Shown here: piece by piece, positions 32,568 to 43,439 of the stretch
Position numbering within the stretch: position 1 is the stretch's first letter
How the letters are laid out: the number at the start of each line of letters is the position of its first letter
Source: an uncultured Eubacteriales bacterium
Lineage (GTDB): Bacteria; Bacillota; Clostridia; Peptostreptococcales; Anaerovoracaceae
Direction of reading: 5' to 3'
Assembly: GCA_902780845.1 (NCBI GenBank)
Contig: CACZGZ010000001.1
Location: 1 to 54,873, forward strand
Length of the DNA stretch: 54,873 bases
Notes under the pieces: generated by a model
The model's input: only the letters and a program-made list of their open reading frames with translations
What the model was told of the DNA's origin: nothing
The model's database searches: none
Position numbers and translations under genes: made by a program

Positions 32568-35500
32568 TTAATCCACGGGGTTCCACTTGTTTCCTTCGAA
32601 GATGGTATCGAATCTGCAGATCCCCTTATATGTGCAGAAGGCGCAGGCCGATCTTTCCCCTGTCTTCATGGGGTTGATGGCGACCCTTCCCCTGAGGAGC
32701 TCCGCCGTCTTTTCGGCAACCGTTTCAGCCACCTTCTCTCTCATGGCCTCGAAATCCTCTTCCGAAAGTATCTTATCGCTGCTGGTCCCGACTATACCGT
32801 CTTTCGTCTTCCTCAGCGACACTATATCCGAAAAGCCTTCGAAGTCGCCTGCAACGCTCTGGATGACCTCAGGATCGTCCACCAGGACTCCGTTCATCCT
32901 GAATCCCTTGGTTATCTCTTTCTTAAGTTTCTCAGCGCCGTCGGGATCGTTTTCAGGGTCGTGCTCTCCCGTCATGTTTATCATGGGTTCTGTTATATGG
33001 AAGTAAAAGACTCCCGCCGGCTTTTTCTCACCGCCTAAGGCCGCTTCCAGATAGAGCATGAGCTGAAGCCGGTACCCCTTCTCCGCCTCATTTACGCTGA
33101 ACTTCTCGTCCCCCGTCTTATAGTCTATGATCTTGACCCTGTCTCCGGGAAGGAAATCCACGCGGTCGATCTTGCCCTCGATATACGCTTTGGCAGTTCC
33201 GTCGCCGTCCTTTATATCGATAACGACAGGCGGTATCCTCTGTCCTCTTCCGAAGGGCTCCTCGAATCTTCCTTCAAGGATAGCTCCGGCCCTGACCTGT
33301 TCCACCAGATTGGCTGCGACTTCCACCGCCGCGTTCTTTATTCGCCTCGTCCTGTACTCTTCCTCGTGTCCGAGTCCGAAAAGGCCCTCCCTGTACTGGG
33401 CGGCTTCCTCGTCCACGAAGCCTTCGATCATGGTCTTCAGATCCTCATCCGTTATGGTCATCCATGGCGACCCGGGATCTGTCAGCGGAAGTCCCGGGAC
33501 GCTAAGCTTATCTGTCATCTTCATCAGGCAGTTATGGTATACGTCTCCGATCTCACGGGACGCCACCTGGAACAGCCTTCTCTCCTCAGGATCCAGCCCA
33601 TACCTCACGAAATGCGAGAACGGACATCTGGAAAACCTCTCAAGTCTTGACGGGCTTATGCTCATGTCGTAGGACGGATCTTTTTTAAACAGCCTGGAAG
33701 CCATTTCCTTCCCCAGATCCTCCGCCTTGTTGGTAAAGCTGAGTCCGTCCCTGATCCCATTGAGCTTTTCGCTGTCATTTACCTTATACCAGTCCAGAGC
33801 CTCTTCCGTAAGTTCAGGGAGTGCCTCCCCTTCACTGTACCTTTCAAGGGCGTTAGCCAGATGCTTCAGACCTCCCGGTGCGCTGTTAAAGAGGAACTTC
33901 ATGTTCCTTTCGCTCACAGCATCCCTTTTAACTGAAACTTCCGGGAAGAGTTCCCTGAGTTTCATCCAGACAGATGAAGGCTTTGATGAGTTTCCGTCCA
34001 GATCGGACATGGAGTAGCTGATATAGAGCTTTTCTCCCGATCTTGAAAGATTCCTGTAGATACCCATCTTCTCCTCCATGAGGATGAAGGGATCGGTCTT
34101 GCAGAATTCGACGCCCTTTTTCAGGAAAAGTTCCTTTTCCTCTTCTCCGAAAAGCCCTCCTGTGTGCTTTCCGGAAGGCAATACTCCCTCGTTTGCACCC
34201 AAAACCAGAAGCGCCTTTATCCTGCCCGTCCTGGTTCTCTGCATGGTACCCATGACGAGACCGTCCTTTGCGGGAGGCAGCATTCCAAGCCTGATGCCTT
34301 CAAGTCCTGTCTCCAGAAGGTCCCTCATGTCCTGCCCGTCAAAGGGCTTGTCTCCCATGATCTCCCTGATCTGCTCCGAAGTGCTCAGGAAGGATTCCCA
34401 GACCTGGTCGGTCTCTTCCGCGAGGTCCTGCCTGTCCTGCTCCGCCTGCTCCAGTTCGAGCCTTTCTATTTTGGATGTAAGGTCCGCATCTTCTTTTAAT
34501 ATTTTGTAGAATCCGGAAATGAACTGATCGTAGGTCTCCGCTTTAAGGGCTTCCTTAAGGGCGGTCACTTCTCCGATCGCCTTCTGCCTCAGGCCGTCAA
34601 GCCTCTCCAGTTCCTCCGCCGCGTACTCAAAGGAGCCCTTTCTGAAAGGCTTGAGCCACATGCGGTTCCTGATCCTGTATTTTATCGCATAGTTTTCGAG
34701 GTCCGCTACCTCGTCGGTATCCATTCCGGAAAGTCCCGTCTTCAGCATCGATATGATGCTCTCTGTATCGTAATCTCCGATAGCCGCATCCATAAGATCC
34801 AGAATATATCTTATGATAGGGTTATCCAGAGCTTCCCTTCCCTGATCCATGAAGAGCTCCAGTCCGTACTCATCGAACACCCTCTTCACTATCGGGCCTC
34901 TGACGTCCTGATCGTTCAGGACGATCTTGATGTCACCTAACCTGTATCCCCTGTCCCTTATGAGGTGCAAAACATAGGCCGCAGCGTTTTCGGCTTCGCT
35001 GTAGAGGTTTCCTGCCTCCACGAATACCGGGATCTCATCCCCTTCATTTCCTCTGAAAGGTTCCGCGGGAAGGGCGTAGATCTCCCTTTCGATATGTCTT
35101 GCCGCGGCGTATTTTTTGTGATCCGGGTAGGTCTCGATGCTTTCAGGGATCGGCGTGAGCTTGTATCCGATCTTCCTCGCCTCAGCCTGCCTTATGAGGT
35201 TGCGGGTAACTATCCTTCCCAGTTCGAAGAGTTCGCTGTCCCTGCTCTCCTTATCATAGGAGCATGAAAGCACCACGTTCACTTCATCCGCATAGGTCAT
35301 TAGTTCGCCGATGACGGACATGGCCTTGGGCGCAAAGCTGTCAAAACCGTAGATCCATACCCTGTTTCCTCTGATCAGCTCCGACTGTCCGATCTTTCCG
35401 AGGAAAAGGTCTATGTAATCCTCCGAATCGGTATACTTTCCGCTTATGGCTTTCTCATACTCGCTGAATATGAGATCCAGATCCGAGAGTTTCCTGTATA

Positions 35501-35933
35501 CGTAGGAACCCTCTTCAACCTGGGACATCACTTCCTCAAGCTCATCAGGCCCTGCATTGTACTGCTTCATTTCTGAGATGAAATTGTTCACCATCTCAAG
35601 AAACGACGCCTTGCCTCCGACCCTTCTGAATATCTGGAGTTCATCTCCGTGTTCCCTTATGACCTGAGAAAGGATCATGTGCCTTCCGTACTTGTCTATA
35701 AAGGTCCTGGTAGAGCCTCCCAGTTCATTAAGAAGCCTGGATCCGAGCCTCGACATGGAGGTGACTTCCACGTCCATGAGAGCCTTCACTCCTGTCTCTT
35801 TGAAAAGTCTTCTCTCCGCCTCCAGGGTATACTGGTCGGGCACTATGATAAGCGCTCTCCCCTTGGGATCGACCTTTGAATATATGAACTTTTCATGGTC
35901 GACGGCTTCCCGTCCGAAGTAGATGTTGAGCAT
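32568..35933 (-). CDS. addB: Helicase-nuclease complex subunit AddB/RexB
   Basis: 1121 aa. The N-terminus MLNIYFGR...IIVPDQYTLEAE is AddB-like with a degenerate Walker A. The C-terminal RecB-like nuclease domain carries an Fe-S cysteine pattern (CPFSHF ... CAFCTYKGIC). Confidence 0.85.
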   Translation of the reverse strand: MLNIYFGREAVDHEKFIYSKVDPKGRALIIVPDQYTLEAERRLFKETGVKALMDVEVTSMSRLGSRLLNELGGSTRTFIDKYGRHMILSQVIREHGDELQIFRRVGGKASFLEMVNNFISEMKQYNAGPDELEEVMSQVEEGSYVYRKLSDLDLIFSEYEKAISGKYTDSEDYIDLFLGKIGQSELIRGNRVWIYGFDSFAPKAMSVIGELMTYADEVNVVLSCSYDKESRDSELFELGRIVTRNLIRQAEARKIGYKLTPIPESIETYPDHKKYAAARHIEREIYALPAEPFRGNEGDEIPVFVEAGNLYSEAENAAAYVLHLIRDRGYRLGDIKIVLNDQDVRGPIVKRVFDEYGLELFMDQGREALDNPIIRYILDLMDAAIGDYDTESIISMLKTGLSGMDTDEVADLENYAIKYRIRNRMWLKPFRKGSFEYAAEELERLDGLRQKAIGEVTALKEALKAETYDQFISGFYKILKEDADLTSKIERLELEQAEQDRQDLAEETDQVWESFLSTSEQIREIMGDKPFDGQDMRDLLETGLEGIRLGMLPPAKDGLVMGTMQRTRTGRIKALLVLGANEGVLPSGKHTGGLFGEEEKELFLKKGVEFCKTDPFILMEEKMGIYRNLSRSGEKLYISYSMSDLDGNSSKPSSVWMKLRELFPEVSVKRDAVSERNMKFLFNSAPGGLKHLANALERYSEGEALPELTEEALDWYKVNDSEKLNGIRDGLSFTNKAEDLGKEMASRLFKKDPSYDMSISPSRLERFSRCPFSHFVRYGLDPEERRLFQVASREIGDVYHNCLMKMTDKLSVPGLPLTDPGSPWMTITDEDLKTMIEGFVDEEAAQYREGLFGLGHEEEYRTRRIKNAAVEVAANLVEQVRAGAILEGRFEEPFGRGQRIPPVVIDIKDGDGTAKAYIEGKIDRVDFLPGDRVKIIDYKTGDEKFSVNEAEKGYRLQLMLYLEAALGGEKKPAGVFYFHITEPMINMTGEHDPENDPDGAEKLKKEITKGFRMNGVLVDDPEVIQSVAGDFEGFSDIVSLRKTKDGIVGTSSDKILSEEDFEAMREKVAETVAEKTAELLRGRVAINPMKTGERSACAFCTYKGICRFDTIFEGNKWNPVD

Positions 35934-35936
35934 TTT

Positions 35937-36584
35937 TTAAAGTGATTCTATGAGTTTTTTCAGGTCTTCCGGCGTTTCCACGTCGTAATCCTGAACTGCG
36001 TCCTTGATGATGGGTTCGCCGCTTCCGGTTATCCTCCAGCCTACCAGGGCTGATCTCACGCCTGCGTTATTCGCGCACTTGATGTCGAAGACTCCGTCTC
36101 CTATCATGAGCGCCTCTTCCGGTGCACTTTTCATCTTTTCAAGTCCCAGGAATATCGGTTCCGGTTCCGGCTTATGTTTATCTGTATCGTCACAGGTGAC
36201 CATCCCGTCGAAGAGATCGTTCTTATGGAAAAGATCCAGATATCTCAGGGTGGATTCAGTGGTCCTGGATGTCACGATGCACTGCTTATATCCCTTTTCC
36301 TTAAGATACTCCACCAGTTCGAACACCCCGGGTATGGCCTTGGCCCAGGTGTAGGCGATATCCTTCTGATATTCCCTGTAGATCTCAGCTGATTCCTTGG
36401 GAGGAACATCCGGGAACTCCCTGGCCATGGTGGCGAGGAGAGGTTCTCCGAAGCAGCTGGTTATGTGTTCCACCGGCATGAAGTGGCCATAGTAATGATT
36501 GTAAGTATGCTGCCATGACTGAAGGATCACGTCGTTCGTATCGAGGAGCGTTCCGTCAAAGTCCCAAAGTATGGTGTTTATCAT
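35937..36584 (-). CDS. HAD-IA family phosphatase (PpaX / phosphoglycolate-phosphatase-like)
   Basis: 215 aa with HAD motif I ILWDFDGTLLDT and the C-terminal motif IGDGVFD. Its start overlaps the tex stop (ATGA). Confidence 0.8.
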   Translation of the reverse strand: MINTILWDFDGTLLDTNDVILQSWQHTYNHYYGHFMPVEHITSCFGEPLLATMAREFPDVPPKESAEIYREYQKDIAYTWAKAIPGVFELVEYLKEKGYKQCIVTSRTTESTLRYLDLFHKNDLFDGMVTCDDTDKHKPEPEPIFLGLEKMKSAPEEALMIGDGVFDIKCANNAGVRSALVGWRITGSGEPIIKDAVQDYDVETPEDLKKLIESL

Positions 36585-38785
36585 TTTTGCTTTATCCCTT
36601 TCATTGTCAGACCAACTTTGCCGCGGTCATAGTCTATGGAAATTATCTTTACTCTCACGGTGTCGCCTACGGAAACCACATCCATGGGATGCTTGACGTA
36701 CTTATCGCTTAACTGCGATATGTGTACAAGCCCGTCGTTCTTGACTCCGATATCCACGAAGGCCCCGAAGTCCACAACGTTTCTGACGGTGCCTGTCATC
36801 TCCATATCCAGCTTGAGGTCCTCAAACTTCTTCACGTCGTTCCTGAAAACGACGGGAGGTGCGTCTTCGCGGGGGTCTCTCGCGGGTTTCTTAAGTTCCT
36901 CTATTATATCCGACAGGGTGAACTCGCCGACGCCTATTTCCTCCGCCAGAGTTTTAAGGCTTGCCTTGTATGAGGTCTTTCCCATGTTAAGCAGTTTGAT
37001 GCGGCTCTCTATGTCGGATGCTCCGCCCTGGGTAATGGCCTTCTCATCCATGCCCAGCTTCTCCATGAGGAGTTTAGCCGCTCCGTAGGATTCGGGATGC
37101 ACTGAAGTTGCGTCAAGCGGTTCAGTTCCTCCTGATATCCTCAGGAAACCTGCGCACTGGTTGAAAGCCTTTTCGCCCAGTTTGGGCACCTTCATGAGCT
37201 GTTTCCTGTTGGTGAAGGCGCCGTTCTCCTCGCGGTACGAAACTATATTCTTAGCTATGGCTGAATTGATGCCTGCAATATATGAGAGCAAAGAATATGA
37301 CGCCGTGTTGAGATCCACTCCCACGCGGTTAACGCAGTTCTCCACAACGTCCGTAAGGGCCTGTGAAAGCTGCTTCTGGTTGATATCGTGCTGATACTGT
37401 CCGACTCCGATGGACTTCGGATCGATCTTTACCAGTTCAGCCAGAGGATCCTGGAGCCTCCTTCCGAGGGACATGGCGCCTCTTGTGGTTACGTCCAGAT
37501 CCGGGTACTCTTCAGTCGCCAGCTTGGATGCCGAATATACGGAGGCTCCGGCTTCATTGACTATAGTATACTGGATGTCATATCCGTTTTTCCGGATAAA
37601 GTCGGCTACGACCTCCTCTGTTTCTCTGGAGGCGGTTCCGTTACCGACGACTATGATATCAGTATGGTATTTGTCTACGATCTTCTTAAGAGTAGCCTGA
37701 GCGCCTGCTATATCCTTCCTGGGTTCAGTCGGATAGATGGTGGTATACGCCTTAAGCTTACCGGTCTCGTCCAGTACCGCCACCTTGCAGCCCGTACGGT
37801 AGCCGGGGTCTATGGCGATCACTTTCTTCCCCCTGACAGGAGGTGCCATAAGGAGGTTCTCGGTGTTTTTGGCGAAGATCTTTACAGCCTCGGTCTCGGC
37901 GCGTTCTGTGAGCAGATTCCTCATCTCGCGCTCAATGGAAGGCGCCATGAGACGCTTGTACGCATCCTCTATGGTAGCGAGGAGCAGATCATAATAGATC
38001 GAAGGCTTTCCTCCCTTGGCAGGCCTTCTCACGATCCTCTTCTCGATGAGGCCGTATACCGTATCGGGCTCGATCGCGACCTTGACCTTAAGTTTCTTCT
38101 CTTTCTCGCCCCTGTTTATGGCGAGCACCCTGTGGTTAGGGATCTTAGCGATGCCTTCCGAGAAATCGTAGTAGTTCTCGTAGACGGTCTTCTCCTCCTT
38201 ATCCACAGCCTCGGTCACGATGACTCCGTGGGCCTGGGTCTTTTCTCTTACGGCTGCCACGATCTCCGGGTCGTCTGCTATCATCTCCGCGATGATGTCG
38301 AGAGCCCCCTGAAGGGCTTCCTCAGGAGTGTTCACTTCCTTTTCGGGATCCACATAAGCTTCTGCGAATTCCAGAGGATCTCCCTCCTGATCCATCTGAG
38401 CATAGATCTTCATGGCGAGAGGTTCCAGCCCTCTTTCCTTGGCCCTGGATGCGCGGGTGGCGCGCTTCTGCTTATACGGCTTGTACAGGTCTTCCACCCT
38501 CTGAAGGACTTCGGCCTTCTCTATCTCAGCCTTCAGTTCCTCGGTGAGTTTTCCCTGCTCGTCTATAAGGCGGATGACTTCTTCCTTCCTCTCCTCGAGG
38601 GATCTTAAGTATTCCAGCCTCTCATTCAGGTCTCTTAAAAGCTCGTCGGAAAGTCCGCCTGTGGCTTCCTTTCTGTATCTCGCTATAAAAGGGATAGTGT
38701 TCCCTTCATCAATAAGGGCCACGGTGTCAGCGACCTGTTTTTCTCTTATGCTGAACTCCGCGGCCAGTTTTTTTGTTATATCCAT
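36581..38785 (-). CDS. tex: Tex-family RNA-binding transcription accessory protein (YqgF/HhH/S1 domains)
   Basis: 734 aa. The N-terminus ...QVADTVALIDEGNTIPFIARYRKEATGGLSDE is the Tex signature. The C-terminal S1 domain is GTVRNVVDFGAFVDIG...HISQLSDKYV. Confidence 0.9.
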   Translation of the reverse strand: MDITKKLAAEFSIREKQVADTVALIDEGNTIPFIARYRKEATGGLSDELLRDLNERLEYLRSLEERKEEVIRLIDEQGKLTEELKAEIEKAEVLQRVEDLYKPYKQKRATRASRAKERGLEPLAMKIYAQMDQEGDPLEFAEAYVDPEKEVNTPEEALQGALDIIAEMIADDPEIVAAVREKTQAHGVIVTEAVDKEEKTVYENYYDFSEGIAKIPNHRVLAINRGEKEKKLKVKVAIEPDTVYGLIEKRIVRRPAKGGKPSIYYDLLLATIEDAYKRLMAPSIEREMRNLLTERAETEAVKIFAKNTENLLMAPPVRGKKVIAIDPGYRTGCKVAVLDETGKLKAYTTIYPTEPRKDIAGAQATLKKIVDKYHTDIIVVGNGTASRETEEVVADFIRKNGYDIQYTIVNEAGASVYSASKLATEEYPDLDVTTRGAMSLGRRLQDPLAELVKIDPKSIGVGQYQHDINQKQLSQALTDVVENCVNRVGVDLNTASYSLLSYIAGINSAIAKNIVSYREENGAFTNRKQLMKVPKLGEKAFNQCAGFLRISGGTEPLDATSVHPESYGAAKLLMEKLGMDEKAITQGGASDIESRIKLLNMGKTSYKASLKTLAEEIGVGEFTLSDIIEELKKPARDPREDAPPVVFRNDVKKFEDLKLDMEMTGTVRNVVDFGAFVDIGVKNDGLVHISQLSDKYVKHPMDVVSVGDTVRVKIISIDYDRGKVGLTMKGIKQK

Positions 38786-39895
38786 TAATTTTCTTCGTCT
38801 TTCTGCTGCAGTTTGGCGTTTATGAAGCCTTCGATCTCGCCGTCCATTACGGCGTTCACGTTGGAAACTTCAAATTGCGTCCTGTGGTCCTTGACCATGG
38901 TGTAGGGCTGGAATACGTAGGAACGGATCTGGTTGCCCCAGGTTCCCATACCCATGTCTCCCTTGAGTTCCTTGATATTGGCCTTTCTCTCCTCTTCAGC
39001 GCGCTCCATGAGTCTCGCTTTCAGTATCCTCATAGCCATATCCTTGTTCTGGAACTGGGATCTTTCGTTCTGGCAGGTGACCACGATGCCCGTAGGCAGG
39101 TGGGTGATACGGATAGCCGAATCAGTCTTGTTTACGTGCTGTCCGCCTGCTCCGGATGAACGGTAGGTATCTATTCTCAGATCCTCCGGGTTGATCTCAA
39201 CGTCGACGTCGTCATCGATCTCCGGTGTCACTTCCACCAGCGCAAAGGATGTCTGTCTCTTTCCCTGTGCATTGAAAGGTGAGATCCTGACCAGCCTGTG
39301 GGTGCCCTTTTCGTTCTTCAGATATCCGTAGGCGTTCTCGCCTTCGGCGATGATGGTGGCGGACTTTACGCCGGCCTCCGTGTCATCCTGGTAATCTATT
39401 ACCTTGACCTTCCAGCCCTTCTTCTCGCAGTATCTGGTATACATCCTGAAGAGCATCTCGGACCAGTCCTGAGCTTCCACTCCGCCGGCTCCTGCGTGGA
39501 TCGAAAGTATGGCGTTATTGCGGTCATACTTCCCGGTGAGCAGAGTCTTTATCCTCAGTTCCTCCAGGTCTTCCTTCAGTTTCTCAAAATCATCAACTAT
39601 GGAGTCCGCAGTCTCCTCGTCCTCTTCCATCTCACAGAGTTCGATCATCTCTTCGATGTCTTTGAGCCCTGTCTCGAGGCGGTCATAGGAATTCACCTTG
39701 TCCTCCATGGCGCTTTTTTCTTTCATTACCTTCTGGGCATATTCGATATTGTCCCAGAAATCCGGCTGTTCTATCTCCCGGTTTGTCCTTTCAAGTTCAT
39801 CTATGACCCTGTCCAGGTCAAAGAGACCGGCGAACGTCAGCCAGTACCGGTCTTAATCCCGGTATTTCCTGCTTGATCTGATCAAGTTTGAGCAT
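38785..39895 (-). CDS. prfB: Peptide chain release factor 2, expressed through a programmed +1 frameshift
   Basis: Frame 0 runs from ATG 39895: MLKLDQIKQEIPGLRPVLADVRRSL then TGA (39820-39818). The +1 frame continues DLDRVIDELERTNREIEQPDFWDN... into track ORF 38785-39726, which carries SPF and the GGQ motif (SSGAGGQHVNKTDSA). Confidence 0.92.
39815..39826 (-). other. prfB: prfB +1 frameshift site TCT CTT TGA C
   Basis: Reverse strand reads CGG TCT CTT TGA CCT. This is the canonical CUU-UGA-C slippery/stop context. Confidence 0.9.
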
Positions 39896-39947
39896 CAGTC
39901 TTTCCCCTTTCATGCTTATGCATATATTTTAAGATTTTAATTGTCCG

Positions 39948-40493
39948 TTATTCTTCTCTCGAAACGTTGTCTTCCAGAAGATATCCGTGTTCGGCTTCTC
40001 TTAATCCCGCGATCACCTGATCCTTATACTGAGCGTCCACGAAGAAAGCTTCACTTTTTAGCTTCTTTGGGAAGAAAACGATGGATCTTTTATTGAGAGC
40101 GACGCAGAGGATCTCGTCCCAGCTGTACCTGAGGGTCTTGTCGCCGCTTGTGTATGTCACGCTGTCCTCGTCCATCTCAAGCGTCTTAGTATCGTCGTCA
40201 TCCATCAGCTCATATACTTTCTTACGGGACCCGCTGTAGGACAGAAATACCGCAACTACGGCGATGGCCATGGCTGCCGTGACCGCCATGTAGATGGGGT
40301 CCTTTGTGGAAACTGCAAGGTAAAGAGCGACCATGGCAACTATAAAGAAGCCTATGATCCTTATTCCCATGTAGTTGGTAATGGTCTTGACCTGACGTCC
40401 GGGGTTGTTATGCACCCTTACGTAGTTCGTCCTGATATACGTTACCTCTTCGCAGAATCCGCGTGAGCCCTTTTCGTTAAGTTCTATCTTCAT
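39948..40493 (-). CDS. Hypothetical membrane protein (two central TM helices, YcxB-like architecture)
   Basis: 181-aa ORF between secA and prfB. Hydrophobic segments IRIIGFFIVAMVALYLAV and IYMAVTAAMAIAVVAVFL. No catalytic motifs. Confidence 0.5.
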   Translation of the reverse strand: MKIELNEKGSRGFCEEVTYIRTNYVRVHNNPGRQVKTITNYMGIRIIGFFIVAMVALYLAVSTKDPIYMAVTAAMAIAVVAVFLSYSGSRKKVYELMDDDDTKTLEMDEDSVTYTSGDKTLRYSWDEILCVALNKRSIVFFPKKLKSEAFFVDAQYKDQVIAGLREAEHGYLLEDNVSREE

Positions 40494-40512
40494 GTCTTAC
40501 CTCGCTGCTTGT

Positions 40513-43272
40513 TTACTGCATCTTTCCGTGGCAGTTCTTGTATTTTTTGCCCGATCCGCAAGGACAGAGTTCGTTTCTTCCTACCTTCGGAGTCTCTCTT
40601 CTGAAGGTCTCAGGACGCTTGGCCTCTTCAGGCTTGGGTGCTTCCTTAGGCATGTTGGGAGATGACTGACGGGCCGCCTGAGATCTTGCCTCATCACGGT
40701 ATTCGTCCTTTCTCTCCTCTTCCTGTGAAACTACGCTCTTTCTGGTCGTCGTGGTCTTCTTCGTTACGTTATAGCAGAACCTTACGGTCTCCTCCTGGAT
40801 GTCTGCTTCCAGTTCCTCGAACATGTCGAAGCCCTCGTTCGCATAAGCTACTGCGGGATCCATCTGTCCCAGGGATCTAAGGCCGATACCCTGCTTAAGG
40901 TCGTCCATGGCGTCGATGTGATCCATCCAGCGGTTATCGATAACGCGGAGCATTACCATCTTTTCGAGCTCGCGCATGGTCTCCTCGCCGATCTCCTTTT
41001 CCTTGAGAGCGTAGAGTTCGTACATAGTCTTAAGGACGTTTTCCTCAAGATCTTCCGGAGTCCAGTTATGCATCTTCTCCTCGTTGTATACCATCTCGGG
41101 CCAGTTGAAGGTGATGGATCTCAGCTTTTCGTTAAGAGATGCGAAGTCCCACTCCTCTGAGTACTTGGTACCGACAGTTACAGACTGTACGATGTTTCCA
41201 ACTAAGGTCTCCATCATGCCCATGATGTATTCCTTGACCTCGTCGTTGAAGAGAACTTTGCGGCGCTCGCCGTAGATGACTTCTCTCTGCTTGTTCATGA
41301 CGTTGTCGTACTGGAGAACGTATTTACGTACTTCGAAGTTCCTGGATTCCACCCTCTTCTGGGCGTTCTCGATGGTCTTGGAAAGCATGCCTGCAGCGAT
41401 GGCGTCCTCGGACATTCCGATCTTATCCATCAGACCCTGCATGCGGTCTCCACCGAAGAGCCTCATCAGGTCGTCCTCAAGGGAAATGTAGAACTGGGTG
41501 ATACCGGGGTCTCCCTGACGTCCGGCACGGCCTCTCAGCTGGTTATCGATACGCCTTGACTCATGGCGCTCTGTACCTATGATACAAAGTCCTCCCAGCT
41601 TCTTTACCAGTTCCTGCTCTTCCTTGAATTCCTTCGTGTATTTATCTCTCAGTTCAACGAATCTCTCGTGAGCCTCAACGATATCCTTGTCGTCTGTGGG
41701 AACAAAGGTACGTGCCTTGTAGATGAGTTCATCCGAATAGTCTTCCTTTGCCATCTGCCTGAGGGCTGCGAATTCGGGATTCCCTCCCAGGATGATATCG
41801 GTACCACGGCCTGCCATGTTGGTGGCGATGGTAACGGCATCTTTCTTACCTGCCTCAGCTACGATCTGAGCTTCCTTCTCATGCTTCTTTGCGTTCAGTA
41901 CTGAATGCGGCACGCCTCTTTTGTTCAGCATCTCTGAAAGGAGTTCCGATATCTCGATGGATACGGTACCTACGAGTACAGGCTGACCCGTAGCGTGCAC
42001 TTCGCAGATCCTGTCGATGATCGCCTTGTACTTGGCCTTCTGGGTGCCGAACACCGCGTCGTCCAGATCCTGACGGATGATCTCCTTGTTGGTGGGGATC
42101 TCAACTACGTCCATTCCGTAGATATCGCGGAATTCTTCTTCCTCAGTCCTTGCGGTACCGGTCATACCTGCAAGCTTGTTATACATCCTGAAGTAGTTCT
42201 GGAGGGTGATGGTCGCGAGGGTCTTGGACTCGGATCTGATCTTCATGCCTTCCTTGGCTTCGATAGCCTGATGAAGGCCGTTGGAGTAACGTCTTCCGTA
42301 CATCAGACGTCCGGTGAATTCATCTACTATGATGATCTCGCCGTCCTGGACGATGTAGTCTATATCCCTCTTCATCATGGCGTGAGCCTTCAGGGCGTTC
42401 AGCACGTGATGGTTGTATTCCATGCTCTCGGGATCTCCGAAGTTGTCAAGGTTGAAATATCTCTCAGCCTTGGCCACGCCCTCTTCTGTGAGCATTACCT
42501 TCTTGTCCTTCTCGTCCATGGTATAGTCTTCTTCGAGTTTCAGATCCTTTACGAACTTGTCAGCTTTCGCATAAAGGTCTGTGGAATCGTCTCCTCTTCC
42601 GGAGATGATGAGAGGGGTTCTGGCTTCATCGATCAGGATGGAGTCGACCTCGTCGACGATGGCGAAGTTGAGTTCCCTCTGGATCAGGTTCTCTTTATAG
42701 ATCGCCATGTTGTCGCGAAGGTAATCGAAACCGAATTCGTTGTTCGTACCGTAGGTGATGTCGCATTCATACGCGGCTTTTCTCTGGGCGTTGTCCAGCG
42801 AGTGGACCACACAGCCTACGGTGAGCCCCAGCCATGCGTAGATCTGGCCCATCCAGTCAGCGTCACGCTTGGCCAGATAGTCGTTTACAGTTACTACGTG
42901 AACGCCTTTTCCCTCAAGTGCGTTCAGATATACCGGAAGGGTAGCCACGAGGGTCTTTCCTTCACCGGTCTTCATCTCGGCGATCCTTCCCTGATGGATC
43001 GCGATACCGCCGACGATCTGCACCCTGTAGTGCTTCATGTTGAGAACTCTCCATGCAGCCTCCCTGCATACCGCAAAGGCATCCGGAAGGATATCGTCGA
43101 GAGTCTCGCCGTTTGCCAGACGCTCCTTGAGTTTCGGCGTCATGGCTCTCAGCTCGTCGTCATCCATGGCCTCATACTTCCCCTCAAGTGCCAGGACTTC
43201 GTCAGCGATCTTATCGAGCTTTTTTACTTCTTTAGAATTAACGTCCCCAAAAATTTTTTCAAGTAAACCCAT
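40513..43272 (-). CDS. secA: Preprotein translocase ATPase SecA
   Basis: 919 aa. The N-terminus [10 protein letters not shown]...[17 protein letters not shown]-box motor motifs ([29 protein letters not shown]) and a C-terminal zinc finger [14 protein letters not shown]. Confidence 0.97.
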   Translation of the reverse strand: MGLLEKIFGDVNSKEVKKLDKIADEVLALEGKYEAMDDDELRAMTPKLKERLANGETLDDILPDAFAVCREAAWRVLNMKHYRVQIVGGIAIHQGRIAEMKTGEGKTLVATLPVYLNALEGKGVHVVTVNDYLAKRDADWMGQIYAWLGLTVGCVVHSLDNAQRKAAYECDITYGTNNEFGFDYLRDNMAIYKENLIQRELNFAIVDEVDSILIDEARTPLIISGRGDDSTDLYAKADKFVKDLKLEEDYTMDEKDKKVMLTEEGVAKAERYFNLDNFGDPESMEYNHHVLNALKAHAMMKRDIDYIVQDGEIIIVDEFTGRLMYGRRYSNGLHQAIEAKEGMKIRSESKTLATITLQNYFRMYNKLAGMTGTARTEEEEFRDIYGMDVVEIPTNKEIIRQDLDDAVFGTQKAKYKAIIDRICEVHATGQPVLVGTVSIEISELLSEMLNKRGVPHSVLNAKKHEKEAQIVAEAGKKDAVTIATNMAGRGTDIILGGNPEFAALRQMAKEDYSDELIYKARTFVPTDDKDIVEAHERFVELRDKYTKEFKEEQELVKKLGGLCIIGTERHESRRIDNQLRGRAGRQGDPGITQFYISLEDDLMRLFGGDRMQGLMDKIGMSEDAIAAGMLSKTIENAQKRVESRNFEVRKYVLQYDNVMNKQREVIYGERRKVLFNDEVKEYIMGMMETLVGNIVQSVTVGTKYSEEWDFASLNEKLRSITFNWPEMVYNEEKMHNWTPEDLEENVLKTMYELYALKEKEIGEETMRELEKMVMLRVIDNRWMDHIDAMDDLKQGIGLRSLGQMDPAVAYANEGFDMFEELEADIQEETVRFCYNVTKKTTTTRKSVVSQEEERKDEYRDEARSQAARQSSPNMPKEAPKPEEAKRPETFRRETPKVGRNELCPCGSGKKYKNCHGKMQ

Positions 43273-43387
43273 TTTGATTTTCCGCCCTTCCGCAAAGCAT
43301 CTTTGCCGGGCTTTCCTTTCTGTAAAATGTATGTTTTTTGCGGTCCCGTGTGCGGGGCTGCTTCAAGTCCGATTTTCAGCGCTATAT

Positions 43388-43396
43388 ATTATATCA
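43388..43396 (-). promoter_or_regulatory. Extended -10 promoter element (TGaTATAAT) upstream of secA
   Basis: Reverse strand reads aagtaTGaTATAATatat, about 115 nt upstream of the secA ATG. No good -35 is present, which is consistent with an extended -10. Confidence 0.45.
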
Positions 43397-43439
43397 TACT
43401 TGAGTCAAGTATGCCAGTATATTGTGGTTCTTACGGGAT

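Noticed and set aside
37388-38608. Very long antisense ORFs opposite real genes: 406 aa opposite tex, 423 aa at 41995-43266 opposite secA, 373 aa at 13800-14921 opposite the EBP, 329 aa at 15033-16022 opposite DUF1446, and 284 aa at 10429-11283 opposite the CoA-transferase.
   Set aside because: Their products are low-complexity with no recognisable motifs and no RBS. Each fully overlaps a gene with clear family signatures on the other strand. They are typical shadow ORFs of moderately GC-rich coding DNA.
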